Assembly: GCA_020697515.1 (NCBI GenBank)
Contig: JAIXNB010000038.1
Location: forward strand, 1 to 7,264
Origin: Nanobdellota archaeon
Lineage (GTDB): Archaea > Nanobdellota > Nanobdellia > Nanobdellales > Nanobdellaceae
DNA: 7,264 nucleotides
Direction of reading: 5' to 3'
The translations under genes and the position numbers were made by a program. Position 1 is the first letter of the stretch, and every line of letters begins with the position of its first letter. Shown here in pieces: positions 6,169 through 7,264 of this stretch. The notes beneath the pieces were generated by a model. That model ran no database searches. It was not told the DNA's origin and saw only the letters and a list, made by a program, of their open reading frames with translations.

Positions 6169-6239
6169 TGTTCTACATTAAAAACATTTAACAAAGGGTA
6201 GTATTAAAAAAGTTTTAGGGATAAATTCTTTTATATATC

Positions 6240-6381
6240 GCCGCCGTAGCTCAGCGGTAAGAGCGCCCGGCTCATAGCTTTCAGCTATGAGCGATGAGGA
6301 AGTCCCGATGATATGGGGGTGTTAAATGCCTCCTTCTAGTGAGAAACCGGGAGGTCCCGGGTTCAAATCCCGGCGGCGGCA
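6240..6381 (+). tRNA. tRNA-Met (anticodon CAU), elongator type, with a 69-nt archaeal intron; tRNA-Ile2(CAU) cannot be excluded from sequence alone
   Basis: I folded the cloverleaf by hand. The acceptor is GCCGCCG (6240-6246) paired with CGGCGGC (6374-6380), with discriminator A6381 and no encoded CCA. U8 and A9 are present. The D arm is GCUC-AGCGGUAA-GAGC. The anticodon stem is CCCGG (6266-6270) paired with CCGGG (6347-6351), and the loop is C-U-CAU-A[intron]A. The variable loop is AGGUC. The T arm is CCGGG-UUCAAAU-CCCGG. It is not an initiator, because 1:72 is G:C and the anticodon stem lacks the GGG/CCC signature. Confidence 0.95.
6277..6345 (+). other. tRNA intron at the canonical 37/38 position with a bulge-helix-bulge splice motif
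   Basis: The central 4-bp helix pairs CUCA (6271-6274, nt 32-35) with UGAG (6340-6343). It is flanked by the 3-nt bulges U6275-A6276-G6277 and A6344-A6345-A6346. Both cleavage sites therefore fall after the second bulge nucleotide, as in canonical archaeal BHB substrates. The outer helix is short (C6278-G6339 and U6279-A6338). Confidence 0.85.
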
Positions 6382-6466
6382 TCATTGTAATAATTCCTAA
6401 ATTAAGGTTTGGAGATACGTTTTTAGTAGATTATTTAAGAGTCATTCTCAATATAAAAACTAAATA

Positions 6467-6650
6467 ATGAAGATAATAGATAACAAAAAAATAAAATTAC
6501 TTGATATCTTGAGCAAAAGATTAAGAGGGGAAAGAGATTTAATAAAAACCGTTAAGATAGCCTCAGGATTCTTATTTTTAGATGGTTGGACGGAGTTTAA
6601 AAATGCAGTAGGGTTAAAAGATGTAATAAATGAAAATCCTCCTAAATTTA
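6467..6650 (+). pseudogene. Short ORF, possibly a 5' fragment of a PLD/HKD-like nuclease-helicase gene, cut off at the CRISPR array
   Basis: The track ORF 6467-6676 (69 aa) spends its last 8 codons and its stop inside CRISPR repeat 1, so its C-terminus is an artefact. The N-terminus MKIIDNKKIKLLDILSKRLRGERDLIKTVKIASGFLFLDGWTEFKNAV resembles, from memory, the opening of PLD-like N-terminal domains of helicase or restriction-type proteins (.IDN.....L...L.......I.IA.gf....G...L). It stops before any HxK motif. It could also be a genuine small protein or noise. Confidence 0.3.
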
Positions 6651-7264
6651 CTTTCAATATTTCTAATTTAGTTTAAACTAATATAATGTACCTTAACCAT
6701 CTCACTCATTCTCGCAACCTTTCAATATTTCTAATTAGTTTAAACTTTTATGACAACCACAAGTATCAATTTACGGGATAGAGAACCTTTCAATATTTCT
6801 AATTTAGTTTAAACGCAATAAAACAATTCTTAGGTAGGACTAAGAAAATAATAACTTTCAATATTTCTAATTTAGTTTAAACGATTTCCTCTTTAGCTTC
6901 TTCTCTTCTCAAATATTGCAAACTTTCAATATTTCTAATTTAGTTTAAACAATAATCACACTCGCAACCCATCATCGCCCACCTGCCTTTATAGTCTTTC
7001 AATATTTCTAATTTAGTTTAAACGAGTGGGTAGGATATCTGAAAGCTAAGCTCGAAGAATTTGAACTTTCAATATTTCTAATTTAGTTTAAACGGATCTA
7101 GATCAGCTATGAAAGTATCATTACTAAAATATTTCTTTCAATATTTCTAATTTAGTTTAAACTTAAAGTTTATAAATTTTAAAGGATAATAATGATGTAT
7201 GGAGCTTTCAATATTTCTAATTTAGTTTAAACCTATACCATAGCTTCTTAAAGTCAAATAAGGA
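6651..7264 (-). CRISPR. CRISPR array with nine 28-nt repeats, running off the window edge; transcription inferred on the - strand
   Basis: The repeat CTTTCAATATTTCTAATTTAGTTTAAAC occurs at 6651-6678, 6719-6745 (27 nt, one T deleted in the TTT run), 6787-6814, 6855-6882, 6923-6950, 6996-7023, 7066-7093, 7135-7162 and 7205-7232. The unique spacers are 40, 41, 40, 40, 45, 42, 41 and 42 nt, plus a partial ninth. The reverse complement GTTTAAACTAAATTAGAAATATTGAAAG begins with GTT and ends in ATTGAAAG. That ending is the classic source of the 8-nt crRNA 5' handle in many archaeal type I and III systems, hence the - strand call. The only degenerate repeat is second from this end, which fits a trailer end. 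Confidence 0.95.

Noticed and set aside
5814-6194. Minus-strand 126-aa ORF antisense to e2b2
   Set aside because: This is a shadow ORF inside a well-supported gene, with a low-complexity Ile/Asn/Ser-rich translation.
6240-6381. The tRNA(CAU) as an initiator tRNA
   Set aside because: Archaeal initiators have an A1:U72 pair and three consecutive G:C pairs (G29-G31) in the anticodon stem. This tRNA has G1:C72 and CCCGG/CCGGG.
6460-6657. Minus-strand 65-aa ORF next to the CRISPR array
   Set aside because: It starts inside CRISPR repeat 1 and runs antisense to the + strand ORF. It is a hydrophobic low-complexity product with no support.
6679-6995. Spacers 1 and 5 share CTCGCAAC(C)
   Set aside because: A single 8-9-nt match among the spacers is within chance expectation. 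The flanks do not align convincingly.
7094-7134. Spacer 7 shares a 10-mer (TCAGCTATGA) with the tRNA intron (6281-6290), raising possible self-targeting
   Set aside because: Several 10-nt matches between about 360 nt of spacers and a 7.3-kb window on two strands are expected by chance. There is no extended identity.

Overview
This is an AT-rich archaeal window in which the tRNA exons and one intergenic island are conspicuously GC-rich, a contrast known from AT-rich thermophilic archaea. The core, on the + strand, is a complete archaeal AMP/NMP (pentose bisphosphate) shunt: form III RuBisCO (2141-3559), AMP phosphorylase (best start 3748, end 5247) and ribose-1,5-bisphosphate isomerase (5254-6168). 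Upstream lie four items. The first is the window-truncated 3' end of a DUF4143/COG1373-type AAA ATPase gene (to 245). The second is a frameshift-riddled gene remnant on the - strand (274-864). The third is a roughly 100-nt GC-rich island that looks like an unannotated structured small RNA (about 845-965), followed by a hairpin and T-run. The fourth is an ATP-cone::PD-(D/E)xK (Mrr-like) nuclease fusion (1187-1999). Downstream lie an intron-containing tRNA-Met(CAU) (6240-6381), a short ORF that reads into the first CRISPR repeat, and a CRISPR array. The tRNA has a 69-nt intron with a clean bulge-helix-bulge. That intron also has an alternative 9-bp helix masking the anticodon next to GAUGA boxes. 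The CRISPR array has nine 28-nt repeats (6651 to the window edge). Its repeat reverse-complements to GTT...ATTGAAAG, so it is probably transcribed on the - strand with its leader outside the window. No cas genes are present in the window. The items most worth follow-up are the candidate sRNA, the possible cis-acting guide function of the tRNA intron, the ATP-cone nuclease beside the nucleotide-salvage genes, and an unusual RuBisCO (Tyr at the His298-equivalent position plus a C-terminal extension).
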